Of a stretch of DNA of 64,000 nucleotides, positions 1 through 10,727 are shown piece by piece; the first letter of the stretch is position 1, and every line of letters begins with the position of its first letter. The notes under the pieces were generated by a model. That model was not told where the DNA came from. It saw only the letters and a program-made list of their open reading frames with translations, and did not search any database. The position numbers and the translations under genes were made by a program. Source of the stretch: Williopsis jadinii (lineage: Eukaryota); assembly GCA_024346625.1 (NCBI GenBank), contig AP024667.1, positions 992,001 through 1,056,000 of the forward strand. The letters run 5' to 3'.

Positions 1-115
1 ACATCTGAGACTTATTCAACTGTTTCATCAAGAACGACTCTTCAGAGTCTGTCGATACCGAGTTATCCTGTGGAGACGGCGTGTGGAAGCTTGTACTCCC
101 GCTGGAGCTGTTCAT
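1..115 (-). CDS. 5' end of a gene running off the window (MNSSSGSTSFHTPSPQDNSVSTDSEESFLMKQLNKSQM...); possibly the RIM15 orthologue
   Basis: ATG at 115-113 in gaacaATG context, open to the window edge. It is divergent from HAC1, as RIM15 is in S. cerevisiae (synteny inference only). Confidence 0.45.
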   Translation of the reverse strand, partial: MNSSSGSTSFHTPSPQDNSVSTDSEESFLMKQLNKSQM

Positions 116-287
116 TGTTCTATAGTGATATGGCTATGCTTGTTGCTAGGGTATTGATTGAATGGAATGTTCTTCCACAGACGGATATGGAGCCTCTAAC
201 ACTGCGATCCTTCGACTTCTCTAGATCCGTTTTCGAGCTTACAAATAGCCAGGACTTGTATCACGGTTCTCTCGCCACGTTCCGAAC

Positions 288-348
288 TTTGTCTGTTTGT
301 TTGTCTGTTTGTTTGTTTGTCTGTTTGTTTGTTTGTTTGTTTGTTTTG
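288..348. repeat. (TTTG/TCTG)n tetranucleotide microsatellite
   Basis: Direct reading: tttgtctgtttgtttgtctgtttgtttgtttgtctg... Confidence 0.9.
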
Positions 349-2365
349 ATCGACTCTCATTCACCCCTCTACACGCTTTTCGCACATTTTTCCCTTCATT
401 CACGCGCGAGAATTACATAATCACACTATTGACATTTTCCCCTTTTAAGTAATTTCCTGATTGGTGTGATTTCTCGTCAGGCAGCCCTCTCAGTGCCTCC
501 TGGACGGATCTCTCAGAGCGCACGCATGCAATTGTTCAAGTTTTTCTTCTAGAAACCAAATTACGAGGAATTGATGAAAGGCTGGGACGTACAAGTGGCT
601 GTTGTCGTGAGGTGATCGAGGAATTCATTGGAGCACTCGAATTTCGCAATTCACTTTGGAAGTAAGCAGTGGGTCCTCTGACGACTGTCGGTTCAGAGTT
701 GTAGAAGGTGATGAGCCAGGCCTTCCTCTGGCCTGTCCCATCCGCAGGCGTATACTGCTTTCGTTCATTGTCGTTGCCAGGGTTCTACTTCTAGCATATC
801 CAACCCCCTTCATATCACCTTCATACAGATACCGTCACTGCCCATCTGTTTGTAACCTCACGGTCCCATGTCATCATCGTCCACCGCCTTCCCACACGAC
901 TCTGTCGACCGCGGCCTCAGCATCAGGCCGCATGGAGACGATGACGTCCGGAATTCCCAATACCGGTTGGGAGATGCAAAAATCATCTCTGCGCTATCGG
1001 AATGTGCTGGATGGTATTCAAATGCTACAACCCAGGAGGCGTAAACCTTAAATGGCATCTTAGGGTCCTAACAAGAATGGTACCCTGTGACCAGAAAAAT
1101 AAGGACACTTCTTAAGATGGAACATGAACGTTCGAACTCACCAAGGTCTCAGCCATTGGCAGTGTTCCCACTGCTTAAACGTCTCATGAAATCTAGCAAG
1201 AGAAAAAGCTGTAGTGGTGGTGGTGGAGTTCTCGGAGGGAGGACCTGGGTGGTTGTGTGTGGCCGTGCGTGCCTGTACACCCACGAATTCTCTCGCACCA
1301 AGGAGCCCAAGAGGTTTTGCCGGCCCATCCCGCCTGGAAGAGTTTTTTCCTTTCGCGGCGTGGGAGGCCAGGCAGAAAAACCCATCCAACTCTAATTTTA
1401 CGCGTCTCATTTAGGGGGGAGTAGGCTCGATGGTTCAAATATGGATCCGATACAAAGGTTTGATTGAGAGACACATCCCCCTCTCCCACCACAGTTTTAC
1501 AAATATCTGTGTCTGTGGAACCGGCAGCGTACCTCTGCGCATCTGTTGTCGTTGTAGGTATGTCCTGGTTTGGTGGAACCTTGTACAGATTTATTGTCGT
1601 GCCCATATCTAGGACGTGAGCAATGTAGCCATTGGGACTGTGGACGTGGGCCCCACTGCTGTGAACAATGCGTCACCCAGCATAATAATCTTCTCATGCC
1701 TACACGCAGATGGGAAGAAGCACTGTGAGCTGAGACATGGAAATTTCAATCCAGTGACAGCGGGAGGGAGAGAGGGAAAGGGGGAACCAATTGGGTTAGG
1801 GATACCACACTGCTGGTGTGCAAGCCCTGAAACTGGGTAACCAGTAATTGAGTTCTTGTAGGTAGGGGAGTTATCTCCAGCAACTTTCCAAGGACGAAAT
1901 CTTGGGGCCAAAACCAAAGGTTACTCTTATCCATTTCGGGCACTACACTTTTACCCTTCTAACCTTGTAAACGTGTCTAGGCATAATGGCGCCTTCCTTT
2001 AAGGGCATACCAGCGTAGTATAACAGAGGTCCAAGAGCATCGAGGATCTGTCTCTGGATATGAAACAGAAATGTCTTACGCAAATCATAGAGCGCTTGAA
2101 ACCAGAAAAAGCAACATAGCACGCGGTGCTGCTTAGCACCTCCCAACCTCATGAACAAGGGCCATTGATCACAACTCACCAGCAGCAATAGGTCCGCTGA
2201 AATCATTGGATCCACATATATGCCAAAAACAAAGTTCACATAGCAATAAAGAGCATCATTAGACAGAACCCCCTATTATGCTCATTACATCTCGAGCTAA
2301 CTTCGGACAGGTTTTGGGCTCTGTATCACGTTCAGCTTGGTCTAAAGCCAAATGTAAAACCATAG

Positions 2366-2377
2366 ACACCCATACAT
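2366..2377 (+). promoter_or_regulatory. Rap1-type site upstream of HAC1
   Basis: ACACCCATACAT fits the Rap1 consensus ACACCCRYACAY. A TATA-like TATAAAAA lies at about 2633-2640. Confidence 0.55.
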
Positions 2378-2854
2378 AGTGGACAAAACCGTAAGCCCAC
2401 CAAACGGGCCACACAGTTAATTTTAGACAAATTTCACGCCAGTTTACATGCACTGCTGCGCACACCAGGGAATGTCCACGCACAAAATACAAACAAAAGG
2501 GATGCCAATTCCAGCCGCTCTGTGCCTTTCAAAAACTGGGACAAAAACACACACACACACATAGCGGGCCCCCAAGTGAAGGGCAGAAGGCTTTGAGAAT
2601 GGCCCACGCGCGCCGCCGCCCGTGGTGTTTCATATAAAAAGGGGGGCGATTTTTCATCTCGTCGCACACACCTGAGAAAACACCACAAAAAGGCAAGAGG
2701 ACCATTGAACCAAAGATCCCTTTAGCATTCCGTTCGTCCTTATCAAGTGAAGGTAACTTCTATCAACGGCGGCTCACTTTAACGAATCACATCTACACAG
2801 TAACTAGTGTTAGTCTTTCTTTGTTGTTTTTGTCGATCACTTTGAGATTGCAGT

Positions 2855-3926
2855 ATGAGCGAGGTTTCGATCCCAGTGAACTTTAAGACGTCTTTGCCTC
2901 CACGTAAAAGGGCAAAGACCAAGGAAGAGAAGGAGCAGCGTCGTATCGAGCGTATTCTCAGAAACAGAAAGGCTGCACATGCTTCGAGAGAGAAGAAGAG
3001 AAGACATGTGGAGTTTTTGGAGTCGTATGTTGTTGACCTGGAGAAGCAGATGCACCTGGTGAAGTTGTTGACCGAGGAGTTGCTGGGGAATTACACTGGC
3101 GGTAATTCCACCGTTGATGAGTTGTTGAAGAAAATTGCCGCGTTGCCTGATTTGAAGGAGTCCAAGCGCCAGCATGCCCATGACATTGAGAACGTTGGTG
3201 AATATCAGTGCTCTAACGATGTTGACATGGAGACCGATACGGCGGCTAACCTCCCAAATACCCCTGAGTCCCACACTGTGTCGTCAGATGCTGTGAAATC
3301 AGAATACGAACAGGATGTTGTGCCTCAGTTGAGCCCTTCAAGACAGGACTCCATTAGTGAGCCTTCTGAGAATGGCTCCCCAGCGTTTATATCTCCCCAG
3401 GCTACGCCTCTATCGAAGGACAGATTCTCGCTGGACATCATCAGTGACGTGCCACAGAGTATCTCTATGGAATCGATGATTTCAATCCCATTTAACGATG
3501 CTTTTATGAAGAAGGAGGATGAGTTCATCCTGCAGATACCCGACACCACAACCACTACCACCGTTTCCGGTGATAAACTTGGCCTTGATGACTATCGTGT
3601 CAACACGAATGATAACGAGTTTGACTTTGTTGAGTTGCGCAATCCAGCAGTGATTGCGGTTGAAGCATTGAATATTGTGCCACAAGTTTTGAAGCTTACC
3701 GAAGGATGGAGGTCCCATTATCTCTGTGTTCTCTAATAGTATTTCTCAGGTGAGATGCTCTTGGTGAACACAGCTGTGTATGGGATATCCCGTATCTTTC
3801 TCATCTGTGTTTGATTCATCTCTTGTGGTAATCAATTATTTGCATTGCTTCCAACTTGTGCCCGATGCGCCAACAAGTTCATTCGACTTAAATGATTTCA
3901 TGATGCTCGATGGGTTATCACATTAA
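2855..3926 (+). CDS. HAC1: bZIP unfolded-protein-response transcription factor Hac1. Spliced form join(2855..3647,3865..3926), 284 aa; unspliced form 2855..3736, 293 aa
   Basis: bZIP motif FKTSLPPRKRAKTKEEKEQRRIERILRNRKAAHASREKKR. Removing the Ire1 intron gives the tail DAPTSSFDLNDFMMLDGLSH, resembling the S. cerevisiae Hac1i tail (SFELNDFF). Confidence 0.97.
3648..3864 (+). other. Non-spliceosomal Ire1-cleaved intron, 217 nt
   Basis: 5' hairpin CGCAATC-[CAG^CAGT]-GATTGCG at 3638-3658. 3' hairpin AACTTGTGC-[CCG^ATGC]-GC(CA)ACAAGTT at 3853-3879. Both 7-nt loops fit CNG^NNGN. Confidence 0.93.
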
Positions 3927-4175
3927 AGTTAATATTTTCTTGTTTTTCTATTTCTGGTTATTGGTTTGTTTCAAGATCATTCTTTTCTATTCTATTAACC
4001 TTTTATTCTTGTGTTCTTCCTCCGTTGGTATTTTTATACGGTGTTTGTTTATGCTTTGGTTTGAGTGTCTTGTTCCCCCGAGTTGGAGTTGTTCATTCTT
4101 TGCTGTTTTACCCAATTGAACTGTTTTCAATCTTTAGAATTGATTGTTTGATCAATGGCTGGGCATTTACCCTAC

Positions 4176-4280
4176 CATGTTGAAGCTCTTTTGTTCAAGA
4201 GTTCACGAGTCATGTGGCGCTGGCAATTCAGACCGAGCGACTGGGCTTTAAAATTCTGTTGAACTTTGAGAATCAACATG
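4176..4280 (+). promoter_or_regulatory. HAC1 3'UTR bipartite element (3'BE) stem-loop
   Basis: TGGCGC (4215-4220) and GCGAC (4237-4241) sit near the apex of a long stem: CATGTTGA/TCAACATG, GTTCAA/TTGAAC, GAGTT/AATTC. Confidence 0.85.
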
Positions 4281-5180
4281 ATTTAGTACTTGTCATTCAT
4301 TTCAACTACCAATTCTTGATCAGTTCGACATGAGAAACTCACCGATCTATTCTTTCTGATGGATTTTCGAGGTATTCTTTTGGTTATACACAATCTGAAG
4401 GGTGTACTTAATTCACTCTTGGATTGGGAACAAGTATACGTTGTTTCGACTTGAGACTATTGGCTCGTTGATCTAGAAAATCAAGCATTTAGCAATGTTG
4501 TCTGTATCTTATTGATGGTGTCGTTGTTTTGTGTGTGGTTTGGAGAAGGAAGTTGAGGAAAGAACAACCAAAGTATTAACTTAATGCTGGTAACTTTCAG
4601 AGGAAGTCTTTAAGGGGTTTATATAGTGTTTGCATCAAGTTTGGTCGTGAGTTTATGATGTATCTACAGGTTTGATCATCGTCACTGCGTCCACACAAGA
4701 TGATGTTTTTTTTTTATGCGGGGATATTTCATATATGGTTTGTGTCAAAATGGGGACTGAAAACTCCAGTGTATATTAGTTAACGGAAATTGTTATCGTT
4801 TCTCACTTTATTATTTTCTACTCGTAGCGTTGGTGACATTTTGATGTACCCACCGCCAACTATCGACGTTCTGGTGTGTTTCTAGTCCAGTCACAGCAGT
4901 TCGGACACGTCCCCAGCTCTCATATTCTGTGGAGCCCTATGTACCATCACGTGATGCGAGGAACTGGAAGACAAAGCCCTACCAACCCGCACAGATGAAA
5001 CATCCACACATCTCGCTCTTTTTTTTTCCATCGCTTGTTTGCCGCCGCCGCCGCAGCAGCTTCGACCAGCGCAGAAATTTTTCACCAACGTGCAAACTAT
5101 CAACAAAAAGTACGTGTTTTCGGAAACTTCACAAAGAAATAGTCTGCCGTTGAGCTTAAAGTGATTATTCTTGCCACATA

Positions 5181-5504
5181 ATGTCTTCTTTCGAAACTGC
5201 TTTGTCCTACGCTGCTTTGATTCTCGCTGATGCTGAGGTTGAGGTCTCTGCTGACAACTTGTTGGCCTTGACCAAGGCTGCCAACGTTGAGGTTGACAAG
5301 ATTTACGCTGATTTGTTCTCCAAGGCTTTGGATGGTCAAGACATCAAGGCTTTGTTGACCAACTTCTCCGCTGGTGCTGCTGCTGCTCCAGTCGGTGGTG
5401 CTGCCGCTGCTGGTGGTGCTGCTGCTGAGGAGGCTGCTGCTGAAGAAGAGGAGGAAGCCAAGGAGGAGTCTGACGACGACATGGGATTCGGTTTGTTCGA
5501 TTAA
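5181..5504 (+). CDS. RPP1A: 60S acidic ribosomal protein P1
   Basis: [12 protein letters not shown]-terminus, Ala/Glu-rich hinge, C-terminal [12 protein letters not shown]. Confidence 0.95.
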   Translation: MSSFETALSYAALILADAEVEVSADNLLALTKAANVEVDKIYADLFSKALDGQDIKALLTNFSAGAAAAPVGGAAAAGGAAAEEAAAEEEEEAKEESDDDMGFGLFD

Positions 5505-5889
5505 ACACGATAACTTCCAGGTAACAGCATCTTTGACATGAGTCAGGTAATAACTTTTAAAAGGAGCTTTGGTATTCTGATATTGGGGACTTTACCAGTT
5601 TAACTGGTGTTTTTTATGGCGTTATTCGAATATGACGAATTCATTGTTCAACAACTGTGTGCTCTGTAGATGGCTTTCCATGTGTCTGGAGTATATAATC
5701 ATTGTAGATTAACACACACGCTGTAAGTTCAGCCCGTAAGTACAAATAGTGGTCATTATCAAAACTTCCATGTTCGTATACCGGTAAATTCTAATCGCTG
5801 AGCAGTTGGAAGAACTCTAACAGTATCTACAGATTGAAATGATCGAAATTAAACCCCGTTTCTTCATACACAAGTTAATATCAATGTGC

Positions 5890-6762
5890 TTATTTCTTCT
5901 TCTCAGCTTCAGCCTCAGCCAACTCTCTAGCTCTCTTTTCTCTGATACCCTTGTACTTCTTGTCAGATCTAGCCAATCTCAAGGTTCTGAAAGCGGTTTG
6001 CTCTGGAACCTCAACGGCTCTTGGCTCGGACTCTGGAGCTGGTTGGACAACTGGGAAAGTAGCAGCAGTGGACAAGACTTGTTCAGCCTCTGGAGCCTTA
6101 CCGGATCTTGGGAAGACGATCAACTTGGACTGGTACTCCTTGAGTCTTTGCACGTTCAACTCGAAGATCTCAGTGGATCTGTTTTGACGTCTGTGGTCAA
6201 CAGCAATACCAACGGTTCTGGCGTAAGCTGGGGTCAAGCCAGCAGCCTTGATCTCTCTCAAGGTGAAACCTCTACCAGCTCTAACCTTTCTGTTGTACTT
6301 GACAGTTGGGGCTCTGACAACAGGTCTGAGGGCATCCAATGGTCTTGGAGCAATGGCGGCAGCCTTAGAAGCTCTAGCTTGACGACGGGAAGCCTTCTTA
6401 CCGGCTTGGTCAAGGTGAACTCTAACACGCTCTTGCCAGTGCTTTCTGAAGTGGTTCTTCAAAAGTGGGAGGTTCTTGGAGATAGCTGTGTCAAAGTGTT
6501 AGTATATATGGAACCCTGAAGAAAGCGTTTCCTACCATGCAGATGGTGAGAGTCGACCGTGATTGTCTGCAGTACATCGTTGTCCTCCTCTGGCGCCCAA
6601 TATATTCTCTTGTCGTGAGTCCCCTTACTCTGGGTAACCTCACAGGTTAACCTCTCCAGTTGTATCCCCCAAAAACAACAACAGCTCAAAGTAACCTTCT
6701 ATTGAACACACAAGCATCCACCTCACTTGACTCTCATCAATTCACGCTCATTACATACCCAT
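5890..6762 (-). CDS. RPL13: 60S ribosomal protein eL13; exon 1 6762-6759 (ATGG), intron 6758-6486, exon 2 6485-5890; 199 aa
   Basis: GTATGT donor, TACTAAC at 6504-6498, CAG acceptor. The spliced start reads [22 protein letters not shown]. Confidence 0.97.
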
Positions 6763-6883
6763 TTTGCAATGTTATTGGTCCTTCTTCGAACTTCTTAGAA
6801 AGTGTCCTGTGTGTGTTTATGATTTGTGACCTTTTTTTTCATTGAGAGTCCTTTGTGAAATTTTGTGCTCCGCGCAGTGTGGG

Positions 6884-7214
6884 GTGTCCGGGTGTTTGTC
6901 CATCAAGCGTTCCTGGTTACTCGTGGTGTCCAGGTGTATATACAAGCCCGCCATACACACGCACACGCAACAAGGGAGCACCACCATCGCCACAGAGGCC
7001 TACAATACGGTGGCCTGGGGGCCATTTCCCTGGAACGAAGACGTAGCTGGTGTGGGTGGATGTCTGGCTACCATTTCACCAACACTTCTAGACGCGATAG
7101 GCCGTCAATTGACTAATCTGCCACTATAATTGCTCAACATCGTAGACAAGAGAGGCCTCGCTGGTGCGAGCCAAAACGCAGTCACAAACACTTCAGTATG
7201 TGATGTACGGGTGT
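6884..7214. promoter_or_regulatory. Shared divergent RPL13/RPS16 promoter with Rap1-type sites
   Basis: ACACCCGTACAT on the minus strand at 7214-7203, with weaker ACACCCGGACAC (about 6895-6884) and ACACCTGGACAC (about 6937-6926). Confidence 0.65.
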
Positions 7215-7416
7215 AGTTGTTAGCGGGCGCACACCGCGAACTCGTTTTATCCCAAGCGGGCGCGCGGTTTTGTATGGTGTTTCCACCGCGAATATTACCG
7301 CATTGGGCTGGGGACGATGGTTGACCAACGCAGTTTTGTGAGTGAAAATCAAATTTGTTCAACTTTTCACAAAAAACTCTTTTGAGAAGGAGCAGTTATA
7401 ACTCATCAAAGAAGAA

Positions 7417-8207
7417 ATGTCCACTGCACAGGTTAAGAGTGTCCAAGTATGTCTATCTGAGCTGCTAAGTGCGAGGGAGAGTTCCATCTGTGACGAAGCA
7501 TGGTTTTTTCTGCCGTTGAGCGTGAAGGAGAAGATGTGAAGGCTGTGTTTGGTGTGAGCGGAGAGGTGTAGAGATGGTGAAGAGAGGTGTCTGAAGTGGA
7601 AACAGCGTGGATCAGAAACACAGAACGAGGACATGGGTCAGATTTGAGACCAGGTGGAGAATGAAGCCATCAGAACTGGTGATGGGCAGTCCTTTTCATC
7701 CCTCATCAGACGAAGTCTCCAAAGAGCACAGAGCATGATGTGAACTCGCAATCCCGTACTCCCTTCAAGGAAACAACAATACTAACAACGCCTATCTAGA
7801 CCTTTGGTAAGAAGAAGTCAGCCACCGCTGTCGCCCATGTCAAGGAAGGTAAGGGTTTGATCAAGGTTAACGGTGCCCCAATCACCCTTGTTGAGCCAGA
7901 AATCTTGAGATTCAAGGTTTACGAGCCATTGATCTTGGTTGGTTTGGACAAGTTCGCCAACGTTGACATCAGAGTCCGTGTCACCGGTGGTGGTCACACC
8001 TCCCAAGTCTACGCCATCAGACAAGCCATTGCTAAGGGTTTGATTGCCTACCACCAAAAGTTCGTCGATGAACAATCCAAGAACGAGTTGAAGAAGGCCT
8101 TCGTCTCCTACGACAGAACTTTGTTGATTGCTGACTCTAGACAACCAGAGCCAAAGAAGTTTGGTGGTCGTGGTGCCAGAGCCAGATTCCAAAAATCCTA
8201 CCGTTAA
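7417..8207 (+). CDS. RPS16: 40S ribosomal protein uS9/S16; join(7417..7446,7800..8207); 145 aa
   Basis: GTATGT donor at 7447, TACTAAC at 7780-7786, TAG at 7797-7799. Junction [15 protein letters not shown]-terminus [18 protein letters not shown]. Confidence 0.97.
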
Positions 8208-8715
8208 GGGAATATCCTTCTGTTCCCATCTGGGGGAAAGGGTGGTTTCTTTATCAAAACAACTCACAAATTTCTCATGTCCTTTTCACAAATTTCGTTT
8301 GTACACTGTTTAATATTAGGTGGTTTACGCTTTGAAACTCGTTTGTAGCTCGAATTGATAGCGTATAGTGGCATAGGAATATATGCCCATGTTGAGCATC
8401 AAAGAGTTACAAGTCACGTGTCTGTATAGTCTTCATCACGTGAGCCTGTTGGGACACGTATGTAAACAAACGCGAAAACGCGAAACTTCACCTTTACGTG
8501 CACTGGGCTGAGAAGGAGGGAAAAACCACCACCCGTTTTGTTGAACAATAAGCGGACTGGAAGCTTTTCTGGAGGCCCAATTGAGTCTGTGTGTGCTTTG
8601 ATCGTGTGTATAGCCTTTGCTAAGAAGCTGTACTGCTTGTGTTGGTTGAACTGGCTGCCCCTTTGTTCGCGTTGGCTTGTGTGTCCCAGCTTTCCGCTGC
8701 TTGTTTACTGAACCG

Positions 8716-9489
8716 ATGTTGTTGATGACGGATACGACGCGTGATGCTGATGATGTACAACGGGATCCGCCGCTGGATACGGTGAAGACGGTTGATGATG
8801 TGAACCTGAGCTCCTCTGCGTCTGGTGCTGATGCTGCCGATGGAACTGATGCTGTACTAGAGGGTGCTGATAAAATGGGTGCTGTCACGAGTTCAACAAC
8901 CACTGTTAATTCGAGTGGCAGTTCAGTGATGACGATATCTTCGTGTTCACAACAACAGGTACAGCATGCTGATGAACTGACTCAAAGCACTGTAACTGAG
9001 TTGCTCCAAATAGCAAATGACATTGCAGAGAGAGATTCATTGGATCCAGACATCAAGGAGATTGTGCATAAACTTGCCAATGCACTGGGAAAATCCCGTG
9101 CTGAATCGAACCAGTACAAATTACATGCACAACTGTTGAGTTTGACCTCCAAGGACCAGGACATGAGGTACGAAGTGGAACAAGAGCTGGTAAAGAGAGA
9201 GGTTGATAGGTTGAAGACTCAGGGAGATCAGGTTGGCTATCTCATGTCGAAGGTGACGAGGCAGAAGCAACTCATCATAAAATACAAGGGCAAGATTGTT
9301 GAAAAGAATAAAGAGATCATCAGGCTGAGAAGCGTACTGAGGGATAAGTCACAACTTGTAAACGGATCACCAGACAATAGCAACATGTTAGACACGCTTG
9401 GGTTATTGGCATCGCAAGTCTTGACGCATGAAGAAGCATCAACCCAAAGCAAGTCTTCAACACACAATGGCAATGCTCGAAATCGTTGA
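8716..9489 (+). CDS. Coiled-coil protein, probable FDO1 (YMR144W)-like
   Basis: Long ORF with first ATG at 8716 and a coiled-coil C-terminal half ending LDTLGLLASQVL. Its position after RPL13-RPS16 mirrors S. cerevisiae YMR142C-143W-144W (synteny inference). Confidence 0.7.
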   Translation: MLLMTDTTRDADDVQRDPPLDTVKTVDDVNLSSSASGADAADGTDAVLEGADKMGAVTSSTTTVNSSGSSVMTISSCSQQQVQHADELTQSTVTELLQIANDIAERDSLDPDIKEIVHKLANALGKSRAESNQYKLHAQLLSLTSKDQDMRYEVEQELVKREVDRLKTQGDQVGYLMSKVTRQKQLIIKYKGKIVEKNKEIIRLRSVLRDKSQLVNGSPDNSNMLDTLGLLASQVLTHEEASTQSKSSTHNGNARNR

Positions 9490-9753
9490 TCGTTTTAATG
9501 TGACATTTCCGATCTTGGTCATTATCGTTATTATTATTATGATTATTATTATATAGACAGCATTGTTATTCACTGTGACTTAACGTCATTCTTTCAATTC
9601 TTACACTTTCCCAAGTCAGCTTTTAAAAACGTGTGTATTCCAACCACGGAGAGGATTCAATAAATAATAAATAGGTGTAATGTATATATATACTCAATAA
9701 ATATAGATATAGTGATATAACTAAGCGGAACGAGACTCCTTCAAACCCCTGAT

Positions 9754-10392
9754 TCAGAGCTTCTTCTTGAGCTCCAAAAGCTTGTCATATTCACCAGAGA
9801 GAATCTTCTCAACAATCTCCTCATCCTTCAGCTCAGCACCTTGGCCAGCTCTCCGCTTCAACTCCTCCAGAGCCCACTGGTCAACACCGGTGTCCTCCTT
9901 AAAGAGATGGATACCCACAAGCCCAGCCAGAGCTGGTAATAACAAGTAGTAGGACAGCTTCTCCCATCCTTCCTCTTCATTCTCACGAACAAACTTCCAC
10001 TGGATGTTGCCGTTCTTGTCCTCGAAAGGAACCTTATCAACAATATCTCCCTGAGCACCGTTGGAGTCAGATGGAAGGAGTCTTGCAATGTCATCGGTGT
10101 TGCTCTTGTACAGTTTCCCCTCCTTTTCGCCAATGGTAAACCATTCCCAGAACTTCAACGTACGCTTCTCGTTCAAGGCACTCAGGTGTGCCAGCTTGTG
10201 CAGTTCCAAGTCACTTGGCTGGCGTGGTGTGCCATCTTCATTCTGGTACAAGCGGTTGGCCGGTGGTAAAGAGTCAATCAAATAGCGCAGGTCCTCTTCA
10301 ATTCGAGCACGGAACGCCATGCTTGGACGAGTGGTGTGGATCAAGCGACATGGTGCCGCACGTCTGAGAGTACAAGTACCGGATCTCAGCAT
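9754..10392 (-). CDS. Mitochondrial complex I accessory subunit ESSS/NDUFB11 (NESM)-like
   Basis: Arg-rich presequence-like N-terminus, one TM segment, then EGWE...FKEDTGVDQWALEELKRR, a motif typical of fungal ESSS subunits. Confidence 0.75.
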   Translation of the reverse strand: MLRSGTCTLRRAAPCRLIHTTRPSMAFRARIEEDLRYLIDSLPPANRLYQNEDGTPRQPSDLELHKLAHLSALNEKRTLKFWEWFTIGEKEGKLYKSNTDDIARLLPSDSNGAQGDIVDKVPFEDKNGNIQWKFVRENEEEGWEKLSYYLLLPALAGLVGIHLFKEDTGVDQWALEELKRRAGQGAELKDEEIVEKILSGEYDKLLELKKKL

Positions 10393-10727
10393 CTTTCTAA
10401 TCACTTTTGCTTGTTGTTGTGATTGCAAACATCAACAGAAAAGTATCAAAACCGTTCAATTTTATGCTTTCCCCCCTGAGAGGGAGCCGGGAGAGAGAAA
10501 AAAAAAGTAAACATCCGGACATCTAGAGGCCGGGTAACCACTTGGTATTCTTGGGCGCTAAACATAATATAACTATAACATAAGAATTACGGTATAATCG
10601 GGTTATAATATAATAGTTATAATTATAACTCGGTATAACTTTTTATATATAAAACAATTTGTATAGAATCCTCTTGTTCCTTTCCAAGGGAGTTGGGCTT
10701 CTCTCTAGTGCACGAGGTAATCCACAT

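Noticed and set aside
600..2500. Short ORFs upstream of HAC1 considered as viral or transposon relics
   Set aside because: No recognisable capsid, RT, integrase or transposase motifs; treated as intergenic pending blastx.
3722..3736. Possible CaaX box at the end of unspliced Hac1 (YLCVL)
   Set aside because: Cys is third, not fourth, from the C-terminus.
5839..6519. 226-aa + strand ORF, and similar antisense ORFs over RPS16, SUB2, ERG20 and EBP2
   Set aside because: Antisense shadows of codon-biased genes.
6486..6758. Possible snoRNA in the RPL13 intron (TTGATGA)
   Set aside because: No box D or guide; only an end-pairing stem TGAGAGTC/GACTCTCA typical of ribosomal protein introns.
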